In this document: one piece after another, positions 51,566 through 60,890 of the stretch
Numbering within the stretch: position 1 is the stretch's first letter
Layout of the letters: each line of letters begins with the position of its first letter
NCBI GenBank assembly: GCA_028707065.1
Contig: JAQTUZ010000001.1
Span: forward strand, 98,737-162,736
Direction: 5' to 3'
DNA from: Patescibacteria group bacterium
Lineage (GTDB): Bacteria; Patescibacteriota; Patescibacteriia; Patescibacteriales; WJLG01
DNA: 64,000 nt
Made by a program: the position numbers and the translations under genes
Notes under the pieces: model-generated
The model's database searches: none
Told to the model about the DNA's origin: nothing
What the model saw: the letters and a program-made list of their open reading frames with translations, nothing else

Positions 51566-51661
51566 ATTAGTTGATTAGTTAATTGGTTAATTAGTTTACG
51601 ATTTAATAGGCAAAAATCATTAACCCATTCAACCAATTAACTAATTAACCAATTAACTAAT
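51566..51661. repeat. family F AT-rich hairpin ending at a start codon
   Basis: 31-nt arms of TTAGTTAATTGGTTAA-type sequence, 27 of 31 complementary, 34-nt loop; the right arm ends 1 nt before ATG 51662. Confidence 0.75.
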
Positions 51662-52321
51662 ATGAATCCCATCAAACTAACAATCAAATCCGAACTATTT
51701 TCCATCCTGCTGATCGCGATCTCTATCGCCGCCTCGTTTTATTTTTACGCGCATTTTCCCGACCGGGTGATAACTCATTGGGATTTCGCCGGCGAGCCGA
51801 ACGGCTGGAGCGGCCGCGCTTTTGCCGCTTTTTTCTTTCCCGCGCTGTTTATCGCCATGTATCTGTTATTTATTTTTTTACCGATGCTTGATCCCAAAAA
51901 GGACCGTTATGCCGAATTCGCCAAAATTTATAATGTTTTTCGAAATCTGATTCTGGCGGTTTTGGTGGTTGTTTATTTTGTCGCCTCATTCAATAATTTA
52001 GGCGTAAATTCCAACGTCGGGCTTTGGGTTCCCGGAGTGATCGGCCTGTTGTTCATTGTTTTAGGCAACTATCTGGGAAAGATCAAGCGGAATTGGTTCG
52101 TCGGCATCCGCACTCCCTGGACCATGTCCTCCGAGACAGTCTGGAATAAAACTCACCGTTTCGGCGGCAAGGTTTTTATTTTCGGCGGCGTTTTAATGAT
52201 CATCACCGGTTTCGCGCCGCTCTCCTGGCGCTTGCCAATATTCATCGCCGATATTATCATATTATTATTCGGAACCATCATATATTCGTACTTGGTTTAT
52301 CGCAAGGAAAAGAAAAAATAA
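51662..52321 (+). CDS. SdpI/YhfL family membrane protein (DUF1648 plus SdpI domains)
   Basis: FPDRVITHWDFAGEPNGW and WFVGIRTPWTMSSETVWNKTHRFGG motifs. Confidence 0.7.
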   Translation: MNPIKLTIKSELFSILLIAISIAASFYFYAHFPDRVITHWDFAGEPNGWSGRAFAAFFFPALFIAMYLLFIFLPMLDPKKDRYAEFAKIYNVFRNLILAVLVVVYFVASFNNLGVNSNVGLWVPGVIGLLFIVLGNYLGKIKRNWFVGIRTPWTMSSETVWNKTHRFGGKVFIFGGVLMIITGFAPLSWRLPIFIADIIILLFGTIIYSYLVYRKEKKK

Positions 52322-52381
52322 CGGATAACAAAGAGCAAAGATCAAAGAGCATTAAGGAAATTGTTCCATGCTCTATGATCC

Positions 52382-53197
52382 ATGCTCGATGATTTTATGT
52401 CTTTCTTCATCGATAGCGCCGACAATCCGAAAATAAAAAATATCCTCAAATTGCAAAGGCCCCACGAGCGCAAAAAGCAGGGGGTAGTTTTGGTTGAGGG
52501 CTATAAAGAAATTCTGGCCGCACTCAAGGCCGGTTTGAATTTGGTGGAAATTTTTTATTGCGCGACTTATGGCGGAGAAAATCCTTCTTTTTTCGGCGTG
52601 GACAAAGACAAAAAATTAATCGCCAATGTTTCGCGGGAAGTTTTTGAAAAAATCACTTATCGCGAAAAGCCCGATGGCTACATCGCGATTTTTTTGGCTC
52701 GAAATTTAAAACTCTCTGATGTAAAATTAAGCGCGGCGCCGCTGGTTCTGGTGATCGAGGGCGCGGAAAAGCCCGGCAATTTCGGAGCGATCCTGCGCAC
52801 CGCTGATGCGGCCGGAGTCGATGTGGTCATAGCCAATGATCCGCAATTGGATATCTATCATCCCAACGCCATCCGCGCGAGCATTGGCGCGGCTTTTGAC
52901 AAGCAGATCGCCATCGCCACCCGCGAAGAAACGATCGCCTGGTTAGCTGAAAATAATATTACGACTTACGCCACTTCTAAGCGCGCCACCAAAGTCTATG
53001 TTGATTTTGATTATACTCAAGGCACGGCTTTTATTTTGGGCGCCGAACATGCCGGCTTAAGCGAAGAATGGAAAGATTCGGCTGACGAATTCATCACCAT
53101 CCCGATGACCGGTATCGTCGATTCGCTCAATCTTTCCGTCAGCGCCGGCATCTTGCTTTTCGAAGCTGTCCGGCAACGGAAAAAAATCCCCTCTTGA
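52382..53197 (+). CDS. SpoU/TrmH family RNA 2'-O-methyltransferase
   Basis: PGNFGAILRTADAAG, ILGAEHAGLS, IPMTGIVDSLNLSVSAGILLFE. Confidence 0.85.
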   Translation: MLDDFMSFFIDSADNPKIKNILKLQRPHERKKQGVVLVEGYKEILAALKAGLNLVEIFYCATYGGENPSFFGVDKDKKLIANVSREVFEKITYREKPDGYIAIFLARNLKLSDVKLSAAPLVLVIEGAEKPGNFGAILRTADAAGVDVVIANDPQLDIYHPNAIRASIGAAFDKQIAIATREETIAWLAENNITTYATSKRATKVYVDFDYTQGTAFILGAEHAGLSEEWKDSADEFITIPMTGIVDSLNLSVSAGILLFEAVRQRKKIPS

Positions 53198-53235
53198 GAG
53201 GGGTGGCTCGCGCCTCGCGGGACGGGGTGTGTAAA
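53187..53235 (+). repeat. family A element supplying the last codons and the stop of the TrmH-like gene
   Basis: TCCCCTCTTGAGAGGGGTG-GCTCGCGCCTCGCGGGAC-GGGGTGTGTAAA; the TGA within CTCTTGAGAGG is the stop. Confidence 0.8.
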
Positions 53236-53356
53236 TTTGACTTTTCCAGCAGTTTTTGTTAGATTAATCATAGATTATAATGGTTGCCGCGAGGCAATTT
53301 TTATTTAGATTTATCATTCAGTTTAATTTGTAATTATAAATTTGTAATTTGAACGG

Positions 53357-53431
53357 GCGCCCATAGTTCATCGGATAGAACACGACCCTTCTAAGGTTGT
53401 GAGGTAGGTTCGACTCCTACTGGGCGCACCA
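53357..53431 (+). tRNA. tRNA-Arg (anticodon TCT), CCA encoded
   Basis: Acceptor GCGCCCA/TGGGCGC, anticodon arm CGACC-CTTCTAA-GGTTG, T-arm GTAGG-TTCGACT-CCTAC. Confidence 0.9.
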
Positions 53432-53512
53432 AGAACATTATCAGAGTGTATTAAGTGACAATTAAAGGTGGTTGAGCTTGCTATTTAGTCCACAAAAAGA
53501 TATAATGATCTT

Positions 53513-53980
53513 ATGACATGGAATTATATAGCAGGATTTTTTGACGGTGAAGGATCTTTGGTCCATCACGGGAAAGGATTTAGGGTTACTATTTCCCAGA
53601 CGAATTTTGAAGTTTTGGAATCAATTAGGACATTTTCCGGAGTTGGTTATGTTATTAAGCCAAGAAAAAGAAAAGCTCACTGGAAAGATAACTGGGTGTA
53701 TTATGTGGCCCGGCAAAAGGATGTTTATTTTTTTATGATGAAGATGAAGCCATTTTTAGTTGTTAAAAGAGATCTTTTTCTTTCGGTTGAAAATAAAATT
53801 TTAAATTTTGTAAAAAGACAGAAAGAAAAAAATATTTTTCGAGAAAGAAAGGCGAACTTGGCCGTTAGATTAAGAAATGAAGGATATAGTTATCGAGAAA
53901 TAGGAAAAAGAACGAATACTGATTTTGGACAAATAAGAAGAGTTATTTTAAAGCATGGTGGTCGTAGCTCAATTGGTTAG
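53513..53980 (+). CDS. LAGLIDADG homing endonuclease (single-motif type)
   Basis: IAGFFDGEGS motif; TATAAT box 6 nt upstream of the ATG; the last 24 nt overlap tRNA-His. Confidence 0.85.
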   Translation: MTWNYIAGFFDGEGSLVHHGKGFRVTISQTNFEVLESIRTFSGVGYVIKPRKRKAHWKDNWVYYVARQKDVYFFMMKMKPFLVVKRDLFLSVENKILNFVKRQKEKNIFRERKANLAVRLRNEGYSYREIGKRTNTDFGQIRRVILKHGGRSSIG

Positions 53981-54031
53981 AGCACTCGGTTGTGGTCCGA
54001 GTGGTTGAGAGTTCAAGTCTCTTCGACCACC
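53957..54031 (+). tRNA. tRNA-His (anticodon GTG) with encoded G-1
   Basis: G-1 plus acceptor GTGGTCG/CGACCAC, discriminator C, anticodon arm CTCGG-TTGTGGT-CCGAG. Confidence 0.9.
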
Positions 54032-54052
54032 CTTTTTACCTAATATTAAACA

Positions 54053-54092
54053 AAAATACAGGATTTTAAAAGTCCTGTATTTTTGTTTTTTT
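54053..54092 (+). terminator. rho-independent terminator
   Basis: AAAAATACAGGA...GTCCTGTATTTTT followed by a T-run. Confidence 0.6.
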
Positions 54093-54186
54093 ATGTCTCC
54101 ACAACCGGGTGCTCCACCCTTTTTATAGCTTTGGAAAAATAAAAAAACCTCGTTAAGCCAAATGACTTAACGAGGTGACGAATATT

Positions 54187-54642
54187 TCAGTACGCCGGTT
54201 TTTCAGCGCGAACTTCAATATGTTGGTAGTATCCATCGTGACTCGGATTATCCTTTGTCGGTTTTCCTTTCCAGGGATACGCCGATGTAACATCCAGGAG
54301 AAAAGGAGGGCGGCCTTTAATCGGTTGATTGAACATTACATATACTCCGCCGTCCTTTTCAATGTGTCTACTATAATAGACCGGATCTTTTGTCAGCGCT
54401 CTAATATGAACATCAGGCACGCTGTGGGCATGTGCTCCCGGCAGAAATATGCCGGTTATAACCGTATCTCCGATAGCAAGCATGTATTTACTGAAATCTA
54501 TCGGTATATAGCCGCCATCTTCTTTTACCAGCATAACTCCGCCGCTCCAAGGGATAATCCGTGCTTTAAGGATATTGTAGGCGATACAGAATATGACAGC
54601 ACCGATACAGAGAACAGAAAATGCTAACCACCCTTCATGCAT
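54187..54642 (-). CDS. membrane-anchored hypothetical protein
   Basis: Start moved to MHEGWLAF, with AAGGAG upstream; N-terminal TM helix; no family recognised. Confidence 0.5.
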   Translation of the reverse strand: MHEGWLAFSVLCIGAVIFCIAYNILKARIIPWSGGVMLVKEDGGYIPIDFSKYMLAIGDTVITGIFLPGAHAHSVPDVHIRALTKDPVYYSRHIEKDGGVYVMFNQPIKGRPPFLLDVTSAYPWKGKPTKDNPSHDGYYQHIEVRAEKPAY

Positions 54643-54668
54643 ACAACACTCCTTTTTTAAAGTGGATT

Positions 54669-55058
54669 TCAGTTTAGGTGTTTTTTGATGTTTTCTACGG
54701 CTATCGGCATCAGTCTGATCACGATCCAGATACAGATAATCAAAATTACCAAAAGAATAGGGTGATACAATATTCCTCTGACTAAAATGGTTAAAACGGT
54801 TATTAACGCCGATAAAGAAGCGATGATTGCAAAAAAGTCCATCATCAAGCTGTCGCCGTATCCGTGAATTCTGTAGTCCGCATAGGAGCCGTTTATCCAA
54901 TCAAAGAATTCTTTCCATGATTTGGCCTCGGTTCGCAAGTTTATAATTTCAACCATTCGAATATATAACACTAACGGAATTGGTAAGAACAGCGCGGCAT
55001 AGGTGATAACACCGCATACCGGCGAAACATTTTGGAAGAACCAATTTAATGTTGTCAT
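54669..55058 (-). CDS. small polytopic membrane protein
   Basis: 129 aa, 3-4 TM helices; GGAGAG upstream. Confidence 0.5.
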   Translation of the reverse strand: MTTLNWFFQNVSPVCGVITYAALFLPIPLVLYIRMVEIINLRTEAKSWKEFFDWINGSYADYRIHGYGDSLMMDFFAIIASLSALITVLTILVRGILYHPILLVILIICIWIVIRLMPIAVENIKKHLN

Positions 55059-55246
55059 GTCTGTCTCTCCTTCTTTTGAGTTTGTGCCTTTTCGGCTGTT
55101 TATGGGGGTTTCAGATATGTCATTAATTTACGACATTTTATTTAGTTGTCAACGAACTTTTAGTGCATGACTTGATTATAATAGAAAAGTGTGATATAGT
55201 AAATACTGTCGGCGAGTTCCGACAAATAACTATTTATTATCAATCT

Positions 55247-56074
55247 ATGCTTGATACTGTTTTTGAGAAATTAGGCTTAAAATCGGAACATTCCGATGTT
55301 TATTTGGCTTTGTTGGAAGGCGGTTCAATGCCGGCCGGTAATCTGGCCAAGCGCTTGAATGTTCCCCGATCAACGCTTTACGGCTTGCTGGACGAATTGG
55401 CTCGCGGTGGTTTGGTTTTGCAGAACGAGAAAGGAAATGTTAAATTATGGCAGGCGGTCGATCCGGACAAAATAAAAAATATCATCAATGACAAAATCAA
55501 CGCCCTGGAAAATACGCGCGGCAGTTTTGAAGCGATTCTGGAAAAATTAAAGAGTTCGCAGAAAACGGATTTTGTCAGCCCAAAGTTCAATTATTTCGAA
55601 GGCGCGGAAGAAATGAAAATAATGCTGAAAGATGTTTTGCTCTACGATGATCTGGATACGGAACTATGCTGGCCGGTAAGGGACGTGATAAAAGTCGTGG
55701 GCGAGGATTTTCTTTTTGAATTGAATAAAAAAAGAGTGCGCAATAATATTTATATCAAAGTTATCTGGCCGCGGGATAAGACCAGCGACGTGGAAAAAAA
55801 TATTTTTCTCGCGCCAGGCAAGGAAGTTTTGCGCGAAGTGCGGCTCGCGCCGGCCGGCATGGAATTTTCCATGGGTTATTGGGCTTACGGCAACAAAGTG
55901 ATGTTCATGTCGTCGAAAGCGGAAAATTTCGGTTTTATCGTGGAGAGCAAAGAATTGCGCCAGCTTTTGAAAACGCAATTTGAAATATTGTGGAAAATTT
56001 CTGAACCGTTAAAGGCGGCGCCGGAACTTTCAAGAAAGTTTATGGATGAAATCGTTAAGCCGCCTAAAATTTGA
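55247..56074 (+). CDS. TrmB family transcriptional regulator
   Basis: LGLKSEHSDVYLALLEGGSMPAGNLAKRLNVPRSTLYGLLDELARGGLV winged helix; start moved to ATG 55247. Confidence 0.7.
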   Translation: MLDTVFEKLGLKSEHSDVYLALLEGGSMPAGNLAKRLNVPRSTLYGLLDELARGGLVLQNEKGNVKLWQAVDPDKIKNIINDKINALENTRGSFEAILEKLKSSQKTDFVSPKFNYFEGAEEMKIMLKDVLLYDDLDTELCWPVRDVIKVVGEDFLFELNKKRVRNNIYIKVIWPRDKTSDVEKNIFLAPGKEVLREVRLAPAGMEFSMGYWAYGNKVMFMSSKAENFGFIVESKELRQLLKTQFEILWKISEPLKAAPELSRKFMDEIVKPPKI

Positions 56075-56138
56075 GTATTTGTCGCCGGATGGCCTTAATC
56101 AATTTTTTATAGTATAATCAATAATTAATCATTAAAGT

Positions 56139-57146
56139 ATGAAAAAAATTTTAATCATGGTTTTGGCGCTTGCTCTGATTTCGCTGGGCGTTTTTGGGGT
56201 GATGGGAAAAATGCTGGCGGCCACGGCCGAAACGCGGGTGATCACTTTTCCGACCGACCCGACTGTAACTTTTACCGACGATTTCGGCGATGCCCGCTCC
56301 GGGCATTTGCATGAAGCCAACGATTTGATGGGCAAAAAAATGACGCCGCTTTATGCCGCAGTTGACGGAAGAGTTCATGATGTGGAAATTCCGGAAGCTT
56401 CTTGGGGCTACGCGATCACTTTGGAAGATGCGGATGGCTATACCTATCATTATTTGCATGTTAATAATGACACGCCGGGCACCGACGATGGTTTGGGCGG
56501 AGTTAAAAATGCTTACGCGCCAGGCATTGTTCGCGGTGCCACAGTAACCAAAGGCCAGTTAATCGGTTGGATGGGCGATTCGGGCAACGCCGAAAATGTC
56601 GGCTCTCATTTGCATTTTGAAATTCGCCGGCCGGATGGCACGGCGATCGATCCCTATTTAAGCCTGGTTGCCGCGCGCGATCTGGGCAGTTATAATGTTG
56701 CGGCCGCGCTGGCCGGAAGTCCGAATATTAACACTGACAAAGGGTTGGCAGCCGGCGGCGGCATCGCGCCTTGCGTTTCCGGCTCATTGATAAAGATTCC
56801 GATCGTCTCCGCCGTTTATTATTGCGGCGCCGACGGCAAGCGCCACGTGTTCACCCATGCCAATGCTTTTTTCACTTGGTACAAAGATTTTAACGGAATC
56901 TTGACGATAACGCCGGAACAGCTGGCCGCCATTCCCTTGGGCAGCAATGTGACTTATCGCCCGGGAGTGAAATTGATAAAGTCGCCGAGCGGCTCGCAGA
57001 TTTATGCCGTGGGAAAAGGCGGCGTCTTGCGCTGGATCAGATCGGAAGCAACGGCCGCGTCCCTTTATGGGGCGGATTGGAAGAAAAAGATTGATATCGT
57101 CCCCGACGCTTTTATCACGAATTATACTGAAGGTGATCCGATTTAA
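56139..57146 (+). CDS. M23 family metallopeptidase
   Basis: Signal peptide; HLHEANDL and GDSGNAENVGSHLHFEIR motifs. Confidence 0.85.
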   Translation: MKKILIMVLALALISLGVFGVMGKMLAATAETRVITFPTDPTVTFTDDFGDARSGHLHEANDLMGKKMTPLYAAVDGRVHDVEIPEASWGYAITLEDADGYTYHYLHVNNDTPGTDDGLGGVKNAYAPGIVRGATVTKGQLIGWMGDSGNAENVGSHLHFEIRRPDGTAIDPYLSLVAARDLGSYNVAAALAGSPNINTDKGLAAGGGIAPCVSGSLIKIPIVSAVYYCGADGKRHVFTHANAFFTWYKDFNGILTITPEQLAAIPLGSNVTYRPGVKLIKSPSGSQIYAVGKGGVLRWIRSEATAASLYGADWKKKIDIVPDAFITNYTEGDPI

Positions 57147-57338
57147 CGGTTGTAACGCCATTGTGGTGGCTAAGAAATTTATTTGTCTGGCGTGACATTG
57201 GGCTTTTTGAACAAAAAAGCCTTTTTTGATCGTGCCCGGGAAATTGAGCGATCGATAGCGCTTGAATGTTTTATTAAATTATAGTAGTCTGAATTGAAAG
57301 ATAAATCATTAACCGTACTTTAAAAAAGGAAAATAACC

Positions 57339-58457
57339 ATGGATAAATTATCCTTTATGCTGCCCAAGCGCATTATCGACGGCCACGTCCATGGCCGGGA
57401 TATGGACCAGGCAAAAAAGTCGACCGTGCTTCAGATTGTTTATGAAGCTGTGCTTTCCGGTTTGGGCATTATTTGTCTGATGCCGAACACGGATCCGCCG
57501 ATCAATAATCTGCTGGTTTTGAAGCGCTATTTGAATCTGATTGATCACGCCCAGGAATGTTTTGGCTATTCTGTTCTCTGCTACGTTTTGTTCGGCGTGA
57601 CCGATAATAATCTCACGGAATGCGAAAAAGCCCTGGAAGATCCCAAAGTGGTCGGTTTGAAGATTTATCCTTGGGGTAACGGCAAACCCGTAACTACCGG
57701 AACGTGCGGCGTGGCAAATCCGGCGACGATCATCGCGGCCATGCGCTTGGCCAAAGCCAAGGACAAAGTGGTCGAGGTTCACTGCGATGATCCGGAAATA
57801 ATCGCCGCCGAAGGCTACACGATCAGGGCGGAAGTAGAATATGATCGAATGGTCATTGAATGCATGCGGCAAGTGCCGGGAGCCAGAGTAAAGATCTGCC
57901 ATGTTTCTTGCTGGGCCGGCGCCGAACTTATTTTGGCGGCCCAGGCCGAGGGCTTGCGGATCGCCTTGGAAATATGCGCTCAATATCTCTGGTTCGATGA
58001 CCAGGGCGCCAATTGGCGGCCAGGGCTGTCGCCCAATTATTATCAGTGTTTGAATCGTTTGCGCGGTCCGGATCAGCGGGAAAAACTGGTCGGGTTGCTT
58101 TCTCAAGACAGCAATTTGATCATTGTTTCTTCCGATCACGCGCCGCATACGAAGCTGGAAAAGCTGGCCAAAGATTTTCCCAGCGGCATTGTTTCATTGC
58201 ACGAAAGAGTTCCGGTCGCGGTGACTTTTGCCAAGCGCCTTAATATTTCGGAGGCGCAAGTGGCCCGGCTGATCTCTTTCAATGAAGCTGATTTTTTGGG
58301 ACTCACCATTGATCGCGAGCTGGTTCCGGTGGAAATCGTCGAAAGAGAAGACGATTTTGTTTACAATAACGGAGCCGTGGAAAATCCTTGGTTAGGAAGC
58401 AAAATGTTTTTTCCGGACTGGAAGGATTTGCCATTCAGGCCCGAAGTTATTTTCTAG
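57339..58457 (+). CDS. pyrC: dihydroorotase-like amidohydrolase
   Basis: IDGHVHGRD, CLMPNTDPP, SSDHAPH motifs. Confidence 0.75.
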   Translation: MDKLSFMLPKRIIDGHVHGRDMDQAKKSTVLQIVYEAVLSGLGIICLMPNTDPPINNLLVLKRYLNLIDHAQECFGYSVLCYVLFGVTDNNLTECEKALEDPKVVGLKIYPWGNGKPVTTGTCGVANPATIIAAMRLAKAKDKVVEVHCDDPEIIAAEGYTIRAEVEYDRMVIECMRQVPGARVKICHVSCWAGAELILAAQAEGLRIALEICAQYLWFDDQGANWRPGLSPNYYQCLNRLRGPDQREKLVGLLSQDSNLIIVSSDHAPHTKLEKLAKDFPSGIVSLHERVPVAVTFAKRLNISEAQVARLISFNEADFLGLTIDRELVPVEIVEREDDFVYNNGAVENPWLGSKMFFPDWKDLPFRPEVIF

Positions 58458-58462
58458 TATTT

Positions 58463-58505
58463 AAAAGCCTCGGTTTGGATCGATCCAAACCGAGGCGTTT
58501 TTTTG
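58463..58505. terminator. bidirectional terminator between convergent pyrC and pyrK-pyrD
   Basis: GCCTCGGTTTGGATC|GATCCAAACCGAGGC perfect stem followed by a T-run. Confidence 0.75.
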
Positions 58506-58511
58506 TAGAAA

Positions 58512-60302
58512 TTACTGGAACATTTTTACCTTTCCCGTCAGTTGGCTGACGTGAGACAGGCCATGGCGCTCGAGAAATTTCGGCAAGCCGTTTCTGATGT
58601 CTTGAAAAACGTGCTTATTGGGAAAAGTCTCGGTGCCGACGAAAACTGCCGCCGCCCCCACCAGCAAGAATTGCGCCGCATCGTCGACACAGGTGATTCC
58701 GCCGCCGCCGATGATCGGAATTTTCAGTTTCGACTGAAAGAGCTTGCTCACCTCGGCGACCGCCACCGGCATTATCGGATGGCCGGAATAGCCGCCATAA
58801 TTCGTGCCGATCTTGGGCCGGAAAGTTTGAGTATCAATCACCATTCCTTTCAAGGTGTTGATGGCTGAAACAGCATCAGCTCCGGCGTCATCTACCGCGT
58901 GACCGATCTCCGCGATATTGGTAACGTTCGGCGTCAGCTTGATGATAAGATATTTGTCCGTAGCTTTACGGATTTCCGTGACCAGGCGATAGACAACACC
59001 CGATTCGACGCCGAAAGTCATTCCGCCTACTTTAACATTAGGGCAAGAGACATTTACCTCGTAGGCGGCGAAATCCAGCGGATTAAGCAGTTCTACCAAC
59101 TCGACAAATTTCGGGGTCGAATCTTCGGCAATATTGACTATTATCTGCTTGCCCAATGCCTGCCAGAGCGGCCATTTTTCTTTGATAAACCGCTTGACGC
59201 CGACGTTGGCCAAGCCGATCGAGTTGATCATCCCGCCGCAATCAGTTTCACAGATTCGCGGACCGCGATTTCCCGGACGTTCTTCAAGCGTTACCGTTTT
59301 AGTAACGACAATATCCAAATCGCCGCCGAATTCCCGGGCGGTTTTTTCATCAAAACAGCCCGAGCCGTTGGTAATCGGCAAACCGAACTTAAGGGTCCGG
59401 CCGCTTTTCCCGCGGAGGATAGTCAGCAAGGGATCGTCCGCCGGATCTTTTTTCGATTTGACGGTTACTTCCGATTCCTCGCTTTTTTCCTTTTCCAGGA
59501 CGAATTCTGACCAATCGATTTTGTCCGCCGGAAAGATCGGTCCGTGCTTGCAAGCCTGCCGAAAAGTTTTGTCAGTCATTTTGATGGCGCAACCTTGGCA
59601 AGCGCCGGTACTGCAAGCCATCAATACTTCGACTGAAACAAAACAGGGCGCGCCGTACTCGACGCATAGCTCGTTGACCTTGCGCAGCATCGGCCGCGGG
59701 CCGCAGGCGATCACCGCCGTATCCGGTTTTTTTTCGGCCAGGGCTTCGCGCAAAAGATCCGTAACTTTCCCGCCGTTAACCGGATCGTCTTCGCAGATGC
59801 TTTGGATGTCGGTCGGAAAAATTCCGAAATCGATCAAGATCTTATTGCCGAGCAGCTTCTTCTCCGTCCGGGCGCCTTTAAGGAATTGCACATTTTTTCC
59901 GGCTCGAATCGAATCCTTTACCAGAGAATACAATCCCACTTCGCCGGTTCCGCCGCTGACGAAAAGCAGATTCTTTTCGGGCGGCAGTTCAAAGCCCTGG
60001 CCGCACGGGCCGCAAATTTCTAATTCAGCTCCGGGCTGAAGCTTGGCATATAATCTCGTGTTGGACGATTCGCCGCCGACCGCTTCGATGATCAGATAAA
60101 GCACGTCGCCGTTGATCATGGCGATGGAAAATGGCCGCCTCATCCGCTTGCTGTTCAACGGCCGCAAAGTAACGAATTGCCCGGGTTTGATTTTTGATTT
60201 TTCAATTCCCGGAACCCGCAGTCGGAAGAGAAAGATTTCCGATCCGTCCTTGGTTTCTTTGATACTGAGAACTTCCGCATTGGCCGACATTTGTTCCTCC
60301 AT
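58512..60302 (-). CDS. pyrK-pyrD: fused dihydroorotate dehydrogenase electron-transfer subunit and catalytic subunit (class 1B type)
   Basis: N-half has RPFSI and GGTGEVG motifs plus a CSTGACQGC 2Fe-2S motif; C-half is a PyrD TIM barrel (VNVSCPN, GGYSGHPI, IIGGGGI). Confidence 0.85.
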   Translation of the reverse strand: MEEQMSANAEVLSIKETKDGSEIFLFRLRVPGIEKSKIKPGQFVTLRPLNSKRMRRPFSIAMINGDVLYLIIEAVGGESSNTRLYAKLQPGAELEICGPCGQGFELPPEKNLLFVSGGTGEVGLYSLVKDSIRAGKNVQFLKGARTEKKLLGNKILIDFGIFPTDIQSICEDDPVNGGKVTDLLREALAEKKPDTAVIACGPRPMLRKVNELCVEYGAPCFVSVEVLMACSTGACQGCAIKMTDKTFRQACKHGPIFPADKIDWSEFVLEKEKSEESEVTVKSKKDPADDPLLTILRGKSGRTLKFGLPITNGSGCFDEKTAREFGGDLDIVVTKTVTLEERPGNRGPRICETDCGGMINSIGLANVGVKRFIKEKWPLWQALGKQIIVNIAEDSTPKFVELVELLNPLDFAAYEVNVSCPNVKVGGMTFGVESGVVYRLVTEIRKATDKYLIIKLTPNVTNIAEIGHAVDDAGADAVSAINTLKGMVIDTQTFRPKIGTNYGGYSGHPIMPVAVAEVSKLFQSKLKIPIIGGGGITCVDDAAQFLLVGAAAVFVGTETFPNKHVFQDIRNGLPKFLERHGLSHVSQLTGKVKMFQ

Positions 60303-60480
60303 GATTTCCGCCTTTCTGACTTAATTTATAGTTTATTGTGAATGTGCAAAAATTTGGAATATCGCCGGTACGAGTAGCGATATCTTCGGCTAATCTTATA
60401 ATAAATTAGTGGCGCGGTCAAATCGGGAATACATCGCATTTCCCGCGGTTGACAGACGCGATGAAAGCGGTAAAATCTAT

Positions 60481-60590
60481 ATTAGTTACTTAGTTAATTA
60501 GTCAATTAGTTGAATGGTTGATAAACGGATGACTTAATTTGCTAATAAACTAAAAATTTATCAACCAATTGACTAATTAACCAATCAACT
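60481..60590. repeat. family F AT-rich hairpin ending at a start codon
   Basis: TTAATTAGTCAATT..GGTTGATAAA pairs with TTTATCAACC-AATTGACTAATTAA; the right arm ends at ATG 60591. Confidence 0.7.
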
Positions 60591-60887
60591 ATGTCTTATC
60601 AAGAACATATCGAAGTAGTGGAGGGGAAGCAGCCGAAGAGCAAAATCATGCTTTACGGCTTAAGCACTTGCATGTGGTGCGAAAAAGCCAAAGAACTTTT
60701 GGACGAACTGGGAATTGCTTACAGCCATCTGACGGTTGATCAACTGGAGGGCGCCGATCAGGATGAAGCTTATGAATTGGTTTCCAAATATAATCCTGAC
60801 CAATCTTTCCCGACAATTGTTTTGGACGACGGCAAAAGAGTGATCATCGGTTTTAGCGAAGACGAATTGCGAGCTTTGGCCGCATAA
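60591..60887 (+). CDS. glutaredoxin-like (thioredoxin-fold) protein
   Basis: 98 aa; CMWC active site, then FPTIVLDDGKRVIIGF. Confidence 0.75.
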   Translation: MSYQEHIEVVEGKQPKSKIMLYGLSTCMWCEKAKELLDELGIAYSHLTVDQLEGADQDEAYELVSKYNPDQSFPTIVLDDGKRVIIGFSEDELRALAA

Positions 60888-60890
60888 TAT

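Noticed and set aside
54175-54627. 150-aa plus-strand ORF after tRNA-His
   Set aside because: It is antisense to 54187-54642, which has an AAGGAG site, an N-terminal TM helix and ordinary composition. The plus-strand translation is irregular (R/C/F-rich) with no start signal. The strand choice is moderately confident only.
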